64,000 nucleotides of DNA, from positions 3,164,001 to 3,228,000 of the forward strand of contig CM052816.1 in NCBI GenBank assembly GCA_028534125.1, given 5' to 3'. This document shows, in pieces, positions 25,374-37,636 of this stretch. Numbering within the stretch: the stretch's first letter is position 1; each line of letters opens with the position of its first letter. Both the position numbers and the translations under genes were made by a program. A model generated the notes under the pieces. That model ran no database searches. It had not been told where the DNA came from and saw only the letters and a program-made list of their open reading frames with translations. The stretch comes from Lama glama. Its lineage: Eukaryota.

Positions 25374-28306
25374 GCATCTCCATTTCCATTTGATAGAAAG
25401 GGAAATTCTGAGCTGACTAGCTTGTGATGTGCGTAGTATCTCCTTGCTAGTTAAAAAAATACGAACACAAGAATTTCTGAACATACCCAGAAGGAGAGAG
25501 ACTAGTATCATGAACCCTCAGAAACCCCTTTGTTTTGGTTTAACAATAACTGAGTTTTACCACACGTACACATAGCTAGCAAATGATAGCAGTGGCATTT
25601 GTAGAACACAGATACTTTGTACTTTGCAAAGAGTTCTTTGTCATTTGTTTGTTTTATTTAGCAAACATTTATAGTCAGGCACGCTCCTAACATTTTACAG
25701 CAACCCTACGAAGTAGATTCTATCATCTCCCCCATTTTATAGGTGAGAAAACCGAGGCACAGAGAGGGTAACCGACGTGCCCAAGTTCCCAGAACTTACT
25801 AGCATCACAGCTAGTTTCGAATGTATTTTCTCGTTTGATCCTCTCAGTGAGGCTGAGAGATGGAAATTATTACTCTGTTCATTTGTGATCTAGGGAATGG
25901 AGAGAATTTAGGTGGCTCAGGTGCAAACAGTTCTCATACAAACACAAATGGTGAGCACTTGTCAAAGTTTTATTTATCTAATGGGGAAACCAACAAAGTG
26001 GTAAAACTGGTTTCAAGATTGAACAGATAAGGAAAACATATGCATATATATTTTTTTCTTCAATAGTGAAAAAGGAATGCTGAGATAACATTGCTAAATT
26101 AGCTATAAAGCTGGTTAATATCCTGGGGCAATGCAATCATAACCTTGAGAGTGATCTTTTCTACTCAGTGGAAATCATTTTCATCTCTAGTGTGTCTTAC
26201 TAGGTTTTTACAAGTTAACATCTAACTTTACAGAGTTTTACAAGAGCTGCCTTCATTAACTGTAACTAGTCTTTCAAAGCTACATTCCCCCTCCGCCCCA
26301 GAGTCCAAAGGTCCTTAGGCCTCTTAGAGTCTGCGATTTGACAGGGCTCTTGTACCACGTTGAAGGGTGCTGTGGTGACCTTCTGCCTCATCTCCAGAGT
26401 GTGAAATGCCGGTCATCTGGAGAGTACTGTGACTAGGACTGAAGCGAAAGCTTTCTGAGCCCTGGTCACTCCCTTTAGGCTGTGCTGGTATCACCTTTAG
26501 ATTTTGAGAGGGTGCTTAGGAGGCTGGAAATGAGAAAAAGAATTAAAAATATTAAAATCGACCGAATGGAGTAAGTCAGAGCATCCCCAGAGCCTGAAAA
26601 AGTATCACCTGGAAAAACTATTAAAAATATAGACTTCTGAGTCCTTCTCTAGAGAATATAATTCTCAGTGGGGCTGGGATGGGGCCTGGGATTTTATATT
26701 TTTTCACAGCGTTTCCGGGTGTTGTGTTACTGGGTTAAGTCCCATGATGACAGCACTAAAAGCATGGCTGAGAAATGAGAGAGCCTTGTGTTATCACCAG
26801 CATGGGTGGGCAGGGTGAGGGTGAGGGTGAGGCTCCTTAGGGGAAAAGAAGAGGGACCAGCAGGCTGTCCCTCCCAAGCATCCCCAGGGTAGAAGTGCCC
26901 GGATCCTCTTGAAAGAGCTAGATGTGCAGCAAGACCTGGGAAAAGGAGGTGTTAGTAAAAATAGCCACTGGGTTGAGCATGGGCTCGGTAGGCTGTTTTT
27001 CAAGGTGGCTTGGAAATTGTTATCACTTCATCTTCACTGGTTTGCTCACCTGTAGCAGCAGGATGGGAGTGTGAGCTCTGAGAAGATTTCTGCAAATTCT
27101 AGTCTGGCTTCTTCTCCCCAGAGTGAGTTTTAGAGATGCTTAGAGAGGCATTTGAAATTCGACTGATAGCACGTAGTCCTTGAAGGGACAGCTCTGGGTC
27201 TGAAGGCTGTGAGCCTTAGGAAAGGTGGGTCAGGACTGTGGCAGACTGCAGTGTGTTTGTGGGGAGGGGCCTGGCTGTGTGCACAAATGCTTTCCAGGCC
27301 ACCGTGGGCAATTCCGTGGTCCTTCCCCGGAGAGTGACTTTCCATTTTATGCCCAGCATCTGGGAGACAGCTTGTCTTCCCAGCTGAGATTCAGAAGATG
27401 CAAGTTTTGCTGGAGGACTTAGGGGTCTGAGCGACTTGGGTTTCCCCCAGAGCGAGCACACCGGTGCTGGTGGCTGTTAGCCTTGGGATGATGTGTGATT
27501 TCTGCCTGCCTGTGGGCCTGTGAGCCTGGAGGGCACAGGCGCAAGGCCCCTTCTTCAGAAATTGCTTTTCCATCAAAGCCAGAAAAGGGAGGGGGCGGGG
27601 TGGGAAGTCTTGGACAGTCCTTCTCTCTTCCTGGACGCACATCACTCACAACTCGTTTCCTGAAAATCCTAATACACTCCAGTGGTGAGAGACGGCTTCC
27701 TGCAGATCTGCTGAGCCAGCCCCATGTCAGAGAGGAGATGAGAACAAGATGTGGTCAGAGAAAGGGCAGCTGGGCTGAGCTGGGCTGCTCAGTGGCTCCG
27801 TGGCCCCGTCTTCGGTGCCGAGAGCAGCGCCAGGGCACTGCCTGGGCACCGCCTGGGCACGTGGGCATAGATGGGCCTAGCTTGGGGCAGTAGGAAGCGT
27901 TTGAAAGTAGTTTTTTGTGTCCTGTAAAATTACACAGATGATGGTGGTGAAACACGACCCTTCCTTTTGCTTCTCAAAGGATGACCTTCCTGGCCAACAA
28001 CCACAATCCCATTTAGGGAAAGGGTTGTTATTTTAAAAGAAACAAAAACAAAAAGAAACTAGCTCTGAAGTTTTTCTACATTCGTCCTCTTTCTCTTGCT
28101 CTGTGCTTTGCTTACCCCTGTTGCTCTTCTCTGCAGATGTTTACATCTGAGAGCTAGGAGCCTCCTTTTTGTGGCATCACAGGTTCTCAAAGCTACTATC
28201 ATCACCATCAAACTGTGCTTTGGACCACTGGTTGCTGGCAGTGCTTTGGTTTTAGGCTTCTACCTTCTAAGAAAGACAGAGCAGGAAACTGCTTAAAAAC
28301 CATGGT

Positions 28307-28405
28307 GGGGCTGGGGGCAGGGAGGGAGAAGCTCAGTGGCAGAGTGCAGACTTAGCATGCACAAGATCCTGGCTTCAATCCCCAGTACCTCCACTGAAAA
28401 AAAAA
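28307..28405 (+). mobile_element. tRNA-derived SINE (camelid type)
   Basis: A-box-like agctcagtggcagag, B-box-like ggcttcaatccc, A tail; imperfect TSD aaaaaccatggt / aaaaagtatggt. Confidence 0.8.
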
Positions 28406-31400
28406 GTATGGTCAGTTCCAACAGACTTGGGTTTTAAACCCGGCTCTGACACTGTGCTGTGATAACTTAGACAAGTTACAGTTCTGAGGTCCCAGTGTCC
28501 TCATAAGTGTGTTGTGAAGGTGAAATGATTTCACACTTAAATACATGTGAGCTGTTTGATTATAACTTTTCCGAGTTTCTTAAACTCAGAATGATTCAGG
28601 GTGTGGTGCAGGCAGAAAGGTGATGGGGGCACGGGTAGTCAAACACTTGTGTATTTCTGAAGTTTACTAAAACATATGTTGAGAACTTATGGTCCAGTGT
28701 GTAATAACTCTCCAAGAGTTATTACAACAGACTATGTGCTTCAGAACGTCTGGGGTGGGGCCCAACACTCTGTGTTTTTAACTATTTCCTAGGTGATGCT
28801 GATGCTGCTGGTCCTGAAAAGGACAGTTAGGTAGAGGAGGGTGCAGATTGTTTCACCCAGATTCAGAAGTCAGAAGGAGGCCAGTGGGTGCTGGTTATAG
28901 ACGTCATTTTGTTTCAATGTAAGAACTTTCTCTCTCTATATATGTGGTCAGAAATGGAGGCCCTCACTGTCACTGGAGATGTCCAGTATTGAATGAACAT
29001 GTGGCACATTCCTACACAAAGTAGAATGTCCATTCATTAATTCGTTTACTCATTGATCCACTTTTGCACAGAATAAACCTGACTGGTAGGTGCTGGGAGC
29101 TGGGAGAAGGCTTGAACAAGGCAGCCGTGCCCCCTGCTCTTAGGGAGCCCACAGTCTAATGAGTTTGGCTTAATGATTCCCTTTCAACACTGAGGCTATG
29201 AGAGTCCTATGATGACGGTGGCAGAGCCTCAGAATAAGAAGGTGCAGAAAGATTCTTGCCCTCCTGAGGACGTGTGGCCGAGAACCGACAAGAACGTGGT
29301 CTCTGAGGTTCAGTCTGGATTGCCCTCTTTGGAGCATCTTGGTGTCATTGGGTGACTATTTCCCCCTCAAGACTCAGAAGAGGCTGAGGATGTACTTTCC
29401 AGGAGTGCACTTCCTGCGGAAAGATTCACATCTCCCCAGCGGCACCCGGGAAGGACCATTAAATTCTGAACCCCCGGCCAGCCGTCATTATGCGGTCTGT
29501 GCAAGCAGACCCAGGAAATGGGCTGCAGGGATGAGCTCATTGCTTTTTCTCCTCTCTCAAGTGATACACTGGGGAGTTAATGGCTGGGGAAAGTTAGAAG
29601 GAAATAGGTAAATTCCGCTGCTTTCTCTGGGTTCTTCTATCATATCCCTGTTGAAAGCAATAATGATAATCACTAACCTTTTGTGGGCTCCACTATGAGC
29701 CAGGCCTGGTTTTAAGCTCTTTTTGTGCAGTATGTCATCTTACTCTGATGACAGCCCTGTCTAGTAGGGATGTTATCCTTGTTTTTGCAGAAGAGGAAAC
29801 AAAGGTTCAGAGAGGTTAAAGTAACTCACTCCTGGCCAAAGAGACAGCAGATGTCAGAGCTGGAACTGAAAGCTAGTCTCTCGGACTCCAGCCCATGCTC
29901 TGCTGAAGAATGCGCTTGTTCATTCACTCACTCATTCATTCAATAATTAGTTAAGTCATTCTTTTATTGAGTAAACATTAAGCACTGATACATACTGGTG
30001 AACAAAACAGCTTGGCTTCTGTCCTCACGGGGCTTACAGTTTATCTCCCTCAGATAAACGGGTGACGCCTCCCTTGGATCCTTGGCTGGTTAGAAGCTGA
30101 GGAGAAAGAGAAAGGGAGGAAGAATCTGGCAAGTTAGCTACTGACCCAGAGTTCCATGTGATTAGAGTTTCTCTGCACAAGCTGGGTTTTCTGCTTTGCT
30201 TTATTTTTGCATCTCCCTGTTGGGCTTCTTCTTGTCTAAGGCTGGACGTTGAAGGGTTTCACATAGCACAAGAGGCTTTTGCCTTCTGCACTCTGGGTCG
30301 AAGAGAATCTGAGAGTCAGGAGTCCTGGAATGTAGAGCTGGAAGTGACTCTGGAGACCCTCTCTTGTGGGAAATGTCACCTCTTCCAAAACCAGGGTGGT
30401 CCCTGCAGATTCCTTTGGTTTTCCGTGCTGGCCTCAGCTTGTATTTTATTTCTTTTTTTAAAAGCAGTTTCAAATTAGGTTTTCAGTTTTCAAAATAAAT
30501 ATATGATCATTATTTTTTTTAATCGACTAATTTTTTAGAAATGTGCGACTTACACCGTGAACGTCTCTGTAACCCCCTGAGATGAGCTCCGTTAACGACG
30601 GGCGCTTCCTTTTCCCGCTGCTGTCAATGCAGGCACTAGGGTGCATGCTGCTGTTACTTCTTCATTAAAAGGGATTTAAAAAATGCGTACTTTCCTGAAA
30701 TGTATTGTCTTTATCTAATTCCATTTTAGACATCTTTCCATATTAATAGATATAGATCCACTTAATTCTTTGTTTTTTTGTTAGACTCCAATTTTTAATG
30801 GTGCCTTCCATTAGACACTTTTTTGCCTTCTGACCTCGACTTTCTTCAGATTCATTCTGCTTTTAATGTGGCTGAGCTAGCTGAAGCATCCATTTGGCTC
30901 TTTTATTTCTGTTTTAACTTTATTTATTTATCCCTTATTTGGGATCACCTTGCCTTTGGTGAGGAATTTTTAACCTCAACTTCAAGAGGTCTGTGGCAAG
31001 AGAGAAACAAATGTCCAGTTTTAGAAAAGAAAAAAAATATATTGATAGGGTAACACACAGAACTACCAGGTCTCAGGTAATCTGGACCGCTAGGTCTCAG
31101 AAAAGATGGACAGAGGTGGCTCCCGGAATCCACACAGCAGGAACAAAGGCACAGATGAATAGCTCCTATCTGTTAAGTCCTTGCAACGTTACTCCATTGG
31201 CTTGCATCATGGCCAGGGCCGGGTGGGACACCTTGATTGACAATCTCACCAAAACATGCAACAGAGAAGAAGGATTCCCTTAAAGAGAAATTAGTGTGCT
31301 GATACCAACAGTTGGTGGAGGCACTGGGAAAAATAATCAATCAAGGTACACCATAGGATCCATAGACCCTGGGAAATTCTGTGAATGTGTTTACACATGT

Positions 31401-31683
31401 ATTTTCCCAGGACCCAGAAAAAGTTCAGATCACTGCTTTGGTGGTCACCTCCATCTGGTTGTGTCTGAGTTAACGGATGGTCCCAATGAATGCAAAATTG
31501 ATAACAAACTTCATCCTGTTTTCCTTTTTGTTCCTTAAGCCCTTCCATAAGACTTCCCAATTCCTTCTGTGTGGAGGTGCTTAGGGTAATTCTACCAGGT
31601 TCAGTTCGAATCACTGACTGCTGTTCCCAGGAGGGTGAAGTCCAACATCTAAAGAGACAAATGTCTGTTTTTATACTTTTCAG

Positions 31684-31762
31684 GCACCTTTTTGCTCCAG
31701 CCTACACAGAAACCCACTATACTCCAAGTGGCAACCCTCAAACCACCACCCTGAAATCCGAG
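31684..31762 (+). CDS. ADAM19: ADAM19 exon 4 (HLFAPAYTETHYTPSGNPQTTTLKSE), prodomain
   Basis: ttttcag| acceptor, GAG|gtaagt donor, 79 nt, frame continuous. Confidence 0.97.
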
Positions 31763-32420
31763 GTAAGTTCAGGTCAGCAAATATTAGCAAGTAGCTGCCC
31801 TGTCCCAGACTCGCCCCTATACGGTGAGGAGATGCCTGATGGAGACCATCCCTCCCTTGAAGGAACTGTTTCCCCTGACTGAAGGCCAAGGGAGTGAGCA
31901 GGAAAAGCAAAGTATGAGTTTATTGTTTCATAAGTGCACCCTCTCCTTTCTGGCTACAATGGTGAAACAAACAGAATATTTTCATTAATTGCATCTGATT
32001 AAAATTGATATAAATCATTGTGAAACATACATTTTCTCTGCATTATGTTAATTACCTACGTATTAATGAGAGTTTAAGGAAAAGAAATAGTTTACCAGGT
32101 CAAGCGTTTGTTTCTTTTTCGTATGGATGTGTCAGGCTTTGCAGTCTGCCTTTTTACTGTGATTCCAGGCTCTGAGGGTTTTCTTATTTTGCTGCTCTTT
32201 TCACATTGGATATTTTTTCCCTCAAAGTTGAGTTGGGATATTTGCACAAAGATGTGTCATTTAAAAGACAGCCTTTCAGTTTTAGTCTTTTAGTTTGCTT
32301 CCTCACACCAGCGGTGAACATTTGGTCACTGGTGGACATTTACTTAAGGTCACGAAGCACACACATGTCATGGTTTGCTAGCTTTTCCTGCAGGGGACCT
32401 GTTAGAATTTGTAGGATCAA

Positions 32421-33240
32421 CAAGGTGGTTCTCAACCAGGGGTGACTTTGGTTTAAATCATTTCTTTTCCTTAAAGTTTTGTTGGTAACTGACATAGAGC
32501 AAAGAAAATTTGCTTCACGATGATTTATACTGATTTATCTATTCATCTATCTATCTAAGTATAAGAATAGAAAGGACTTTATTAGGTCTTGCTGCCATAG
32601 ACAGCAGCGGGCCACACAGAGGAGAGGTGTCTGTGTGGGCACCGAGGGCCAGTCGTTGGGTGTTTTATAAGGTTGGGTCACAAGGTGCCTGATCGGCTTG
32701 TGCACGAGTCTCTGCTTGGTTGTAGGTCAGGTAAGAGGTTTAGGGTCTGCAAAGGGCAGTGGAGTTTGATTCTGATAAGATGGGCATTACCTGGGGCTAT
32801 TAGTTCGTTAGGGGAAACACGCCCAATAAATAGTGTACTCTATCTGAGAGCCCAGAAACGGGGGTCGTTGGACTTTGAAGGACGTCAGTGGGCCCAGCTT
32901 TCCATCCTGACAGATTGGCAGTGACAGATCTTTGGAATGGGGGCAAAGGTCTCTTCTTCCGTATCTACTTTCTGCGAAACTGATTTATATCGACTTAAAT
33001 CAGACGCAGTTACCCTAAAATATTCTATTTCTTTCTTTGACTATTTTAACCAACAAAGAAGGGGACCAATGTGTGGAGGCAGTTTGGATTGTCATGACGG
33101 GGAGGTGGATGCTGCTGGTGGGTGGGGGCATCTGGTGGGTAGGGGACAGGGGAACTGCTAACTGTTCTACAATGCGCAGTTCAGCGCTCCACAACAGATT
33201 GTTACTCGGCCTCAAATGTCGGTAGTGCCCAAGGCGCGAA
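32421..33240 (+). mobile_element. MER20-like hAT DNA transposon split by a ~620-bp insert (32451-33070)
   Basis: ggttctcaaccaggggtgactttg start; resumes at ~33074 with ggaggcagtttggattgtcatgac...catctggtgggtag...caaatgtcggtagtgcc. Confidence 0.65.
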
Positions 33241-35596
33241 ATTCTGGATTAGAGTGATCCTTCTCAGACTCTGTGCCGAAGAGCTGGGGTGAAGGAGAAG
33301 GGAAGAGGGAGTCCGGCCAGAGGAGGAGCAGTGTCTTTTGCCTCTGGGGCAGGACACGATGAACTTTTGTGGCGTGCACGTCTGGGAGGTGTGGTGTGTG
33401 GGACGCAGGACAGGCTCCTCTGCCTCAGTGCTCCTCCCGCAGCTTCCCCTAGAAACTGAGATGCCCACATGAGATCCCCCGCTCTTTAAAATATCCCCAC
33501 CAGAGTGTGAATGTCTGGAAGATAGTGACAGCCACTGTCAGCCCTTAAGAGCACAGGGGAGTTTACCAGATCGCCCTCGGTGAGGAGAGGGACACAGGGC
33601 AGATAAATTTCAATAGATGTAAGAAGTCTTTAGTAATTGGGTAGCTGAGGGGCTGCACTGGATTGTTGGATGTGAAGATCAGTGCTGCCTTCTTCACCAG
33701 GACCTTCCTGGATGAGGAGGGAGTCAGGCAGTGTGGCCAGTGGCTGTGACGAGCAAGGAGGCTGTGTCTTCTCATCTCTGGGGAGGCTGCCCAGCAGAGG
33801 CACCACACCTTCTTCAAGGCTCCTTGGTCAGAACATCTTCCTTCCTGGAGACTTCTCTGCCTCCAGGGAGGTAGGATGGGGACAGACATGCCTCGAAAGC
33901 CCCTTGCCACTATGTCCTCATAAAGCACCCTCCTCAGGGTTTGGCTCTTGCACGTCTGTACCCAGAGCTGCAGAGTGGGTCTCAGTGCACAAGTTTGCCA
34001 TGAGCTCATGCTTCCTGCTACGAAAGCCCCCTTAGGCTGGCCCCCTCCGGCCGAGAAGCTGAAATGGAATGTGATGACTTCATGGCTGCTCTGTTCGTTT
34101 ACTTGTTCTTTGTGCTCTCAGGATTAGGCCCAGACATTGTACGGGCCTTTGAGAAACAGAGCAGAGGAAGAGAACTTCCCCTCCCTCCCAAAGGTCTTGT
34201 TGACCCTAGCATGGCACGACTCACTGTCATCTTCCATCCCACGCTGCTGGGCCCTTGCAAAGCCTCCACCCAGCCTGTGAGGCTTCCAGTCAGCTTTCTG
34301 ATTTGGGAGCTGAAGAACCAAAGAGAAATGGGATGGAATAAACCATTTAGCTGTGCTTGGCCGAAACGTTGAGGACCACAATCTGCTACCAAACTTGGCC
34401 TGGGGTGGCGGGAGTTCTGGGAACCATATCAAATTCATCGAGCCCTGATCTAGGTCAGGTCACTGGGGGTATGGTCTGTGAGTGTGTTCCAGTAGAAAGA
34501 GTTGCAGTTTGGGGTCCAAAGCCAGGGTTTTCGTCTTGGCTTTAATTAGCTGTGTGACCCGAAAAACCCTTTCAGCCACACTAGTGTTGAGTTTCCTCAT
34601 CTGAAAATTGAATTTGCTAAGATCTGACTCTCGGGGCTATGGAAGGGTAAAATGAGTCACTGCTTTTATGGGAATTTATAAACATCTCTTCCAACATCAC
34701 ATTTTACAGATGAGAAAATTGAGAGGAGAAGAGAAAAAGGAACGTGCTCAAGTTGAGATAACCAGTGAGTGGCAAGGCTTAGACTAGCTCTTCAGCCTCC
34801 GCTGGTCTCTTCTGACCTATTTGGGAAGCAGTTCGTAGGAATGTGTCCCTTGTTATCACCCGTATTAGAGCTTTGACAAACTAAGTTCCGTGCCCTTTGC
34901 TGGGTCTGCTTTTGCTAAGAGAGGCAGAGCTTGGAGCCTGAAATCAGGCTGCTGGGGTTTGAATCTCCGCTTTGCTGTGTGGCCCTGTGAATGACTTAAA
35001 ACTTCTCCAGCTTTTAGTGTCCTCTTTTAAAAGATGGGGATAATAGTATCTACCTCAGAAGGCTGTGATCAGAATTAAAGAGAAAGAAAATCCATGTAAG
35101 TTGTTTTATCCAGTGGCGAGAGCTGGATAGAGGTCAACCCTTCTTGTTAGTAGCAGTAAGTGGCAGGCATCATTATCACATGCAGGGAAGTGTGTGAAAG
35201 CCCTCTGTAAATTTAAAGCGTGCTACACTATATTCATGCCTAGAGCTGGGCGGGAGGTGGAACCGGGGAATACAGATGATGGGTTAGCTGTCTCCTGGGT
35301 CACATGCCTGCCTGCTGGGGACCAAGGAACAACCGCATGCGAGCGTGGTCCTGGTGATGGACCTCTCAGACTGCTGTTACGTAGGCAAATGCCAGGGATT
35401 CCTGATTGGCCCTGCTCAGGCCCACAGTGTTGGTGGGGAAAGAGAACGCTTCTGAAACTACACGGTTTATATCCTCCTTAAGACCGTCTTAAGAATCTGG
35501 TTCTGCCCTGGGGAGTTCACCTTCTCTCCTGACCAGTTTTTCTCTTTTGACCTATTTGGGAAGAAGCTTGTAGGAATGTGTCCCTTGTTGTCACCC

Positions 35597-35701
35597 ATCG
35601 TGTGCTGGGGACAGTCCTGGTTTGTGCCCGTCTGTCCGGTTTAGCTCTTGATCACTCTCAGCAGGGTCCCGGTTTGCCTCATAAATTCTCTGGCTACCCT
35701 A
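35597..35701 (-). mobile_element. MER94-like hAT MITE
   Basis: gggacagtcctggttt...tcactctca...gtcccggtttg...ataaatt...ggctaccct resembles my recollection of the MER94 consensus. Confidence 0.55.
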
Positions 35702-36077
35702 CTTATAAGACACTCCACTGGCTTCTTGAGCATTTATTTCAAGCCACTCTTCATACTTTGTAATTATCTTTGTATCTTTGAATGGCTTTTTGATTAAGGT
35801 TGGCACTCACGAGACCGTAAGTCCCACAGAGGCCGGAGCTGTGTGACTGCTCACAGCTGTGTCTCGGGGCCCAGCCCCGGGCCTGACACTTAGTCGTGCA
35901 CAACAGCTGTTTGTACCACGGAGGAATCCAGCCAGGTAGGGGGGACCAGATGGCCATGAGACTCACTGACTGGGGAGTAGCATCAGGCCTGTAAGCGTCC
36001 ATGGGCCCAGGTGCCAAATCAGGTCTGCTGCAGGCGCCCAGGATTCAGGGAAGGCAAGGAAGAGAGAGGGGTGGACC

Positions 36078-36487
36078 TGTTTCCTGGGGCTGCTGCAACA
36101 TAGTAGCACAAACTTGGAGGTTGAAAACAACAGAGACCTGTTCTCTCACAGTTCTGGAGGCTGGAAGTCTGAAGTCAAGGTGTCGGCAGGGCCATGCTCC
36201 CTCGGTAGTCTCTAGGGGAGGATCCTTCCTTGCCTCTTCTAGTTTCTAGTGGCTCCGAGCCAGCCTGGTGCTTCTTGGCGTCCAGGTTCATCACTCTGAT
36301 CTCTGCCTCCATCTTCAAATGGCCTTCTTCTTTGTGTATGTGTCTGTGCCCTCTCTTCATAAGGATGCTAGTCCAGTGTCACCTCATCTTAGTTTAATTA
36401 CATCTGCAAAAACCCCAATTCAAATAAGATCACATTCTGAGGTTCTGGCTAGACATGAATTTTGGGGGGACGCCATTCAACCTTACA
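36078..36487 (-). mobile_element. Solo MaLR LTR (MLT1A/B/C-like)
   Basis: tttcctggggctgctgcaaca...ctcacagttctggaggctggaagtc...cagggccatgctccc...taattacatctgcaaa...gccattcaacc. Confidence 0.85.
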
Positions 36488-36846
36488 GGGGGTCAGAGAG
36501 GTGACGCAAGTGGAGAGACAGGCTTTTCAGAAGGCATTGTCTCCTGTGGCCAACAGCATGTCATGCAAAGGGATCTGAAATCCTGGGCTCTCCAACTAGC
36601 AGGGAGACCTTTAGCAAGTCTCTGCTCTCCTGAGCCTCAGCTCAGAAGTTCAGTGGGGAGGACGGCATCCGCCCTGTCCCACCTCCCAGGACTATTATGA
36701 GGCTCAAAGAAAATGGTGGCTTGGAAAGCCCTTTGCCGACTGTAAGGTTAGGGTAGGTGAATAATCATCCCTGATTTTTATGAGACGGTGACACTGACAT
36801 GCTTGTCAGTATCCTGTGGTCTGACTACCCGCTTTCTCCTTGCTAG

Positions 36847-36923
36847 GATGACTGCTTTTACCACGGGACGGTGAGGAAGGCAGAACAGTCCAGCGTCACG
36901 CTCAGCACCTGCCGGGGAGTGAG
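36847..36923 (+). CDS. ADAM19: ADAM19 exon 5 (DDCFYHGTVRKAEQSSVTLSTCRGVR), prodomain
   Basis: tgctag| acceptor, AG|gtaag donor, 77 nt; CFYHG...STCxG prodomain motif. Confidence 0.97.
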
Positions 36924-37157
36924 GTAAGAGTCCCTCACAGGCTGGGGGGCACCTGGAGCTCTCCCCGGGAATGGCACTTTCAGGGTGAGCAGGGCTGGCC
37001 TTGGGCACGGAACTTGAGCAGCTGTCCATTGAGAACGTATGCAAGCCAGCTCTGAGAAGGGCTGAGCTTGGGAGTGACAAGGAAATAAGAATATAATCAT
37101 CATCATCGTCGTCGTCATCCACAGGTTCACTGGGACTGAAGAAACTTGAGGTTTTAC

Positions 37158-37636
37158 TGTTATTTAGGTATGGTGAAGCCAACAGAGTGGGAGACAGCTG
37201 CCACTGAAAAGAGAGTTTATTTTACTTAAGAGCCCAAGAGGAAGGGCCATGCCATGCTGGATGCAGGGCTAATGGGGCGCAGGGAAGCACGGGGTCATTC
37301 AGGAGGCAGAGAGGAAGGCGGAATGTGGCCGAGAGTCTTTATTGTGGTTTCTGTGGGAAGGAACTGGCAAGGCAGGGCACACAGACTTAGTTAGTATTAG
37401 CTAGTTCGAATAATTTCAGTGGGAACTAGGGCATGGGGCTGTCCCTAGCTGTGTGGTATTTGGCCCTGGGATGAACAGGCAGGGGATGGTGGCCCAAGAG
37501 TGAGAGCCTCGCTGGAAAGGCATGTTACACTCACTGGTGAGTTACTCTCTCTAGGAACTGGCTAACCCTGGGGGCAGGGGCAAGGCCCCAGATATCAAGG
37601 CATCAGGATTTAGGTTAAAAGACATGGTTCGCACAC
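37158..37636. mobile_element. Probable old ERV solo LTR (subfamily uncertain)
   Basis: tg...ca bounded segment with ctttattgtggtttc and gaataatttcag motifs that I associate with ERVL-class LTRs. Confidence 0.4.

Noticed and set aside
24724..25511. ORFs of 197-230 aa
   Set aside because: Artefacts of translating through the N gap.
28322..28395. tRNA-like sequence with A and B boxes
   Set aside because: Has an A tail, TSD-like flanks and a related copy at 47725-47884; it is a SINE, not a tRNA gene.
36778..37182. Antisense ORF with a poly-Asp run
   Set aside because: The run comes from a short (ATC/GTC)n simple repeat near 37095-37118.
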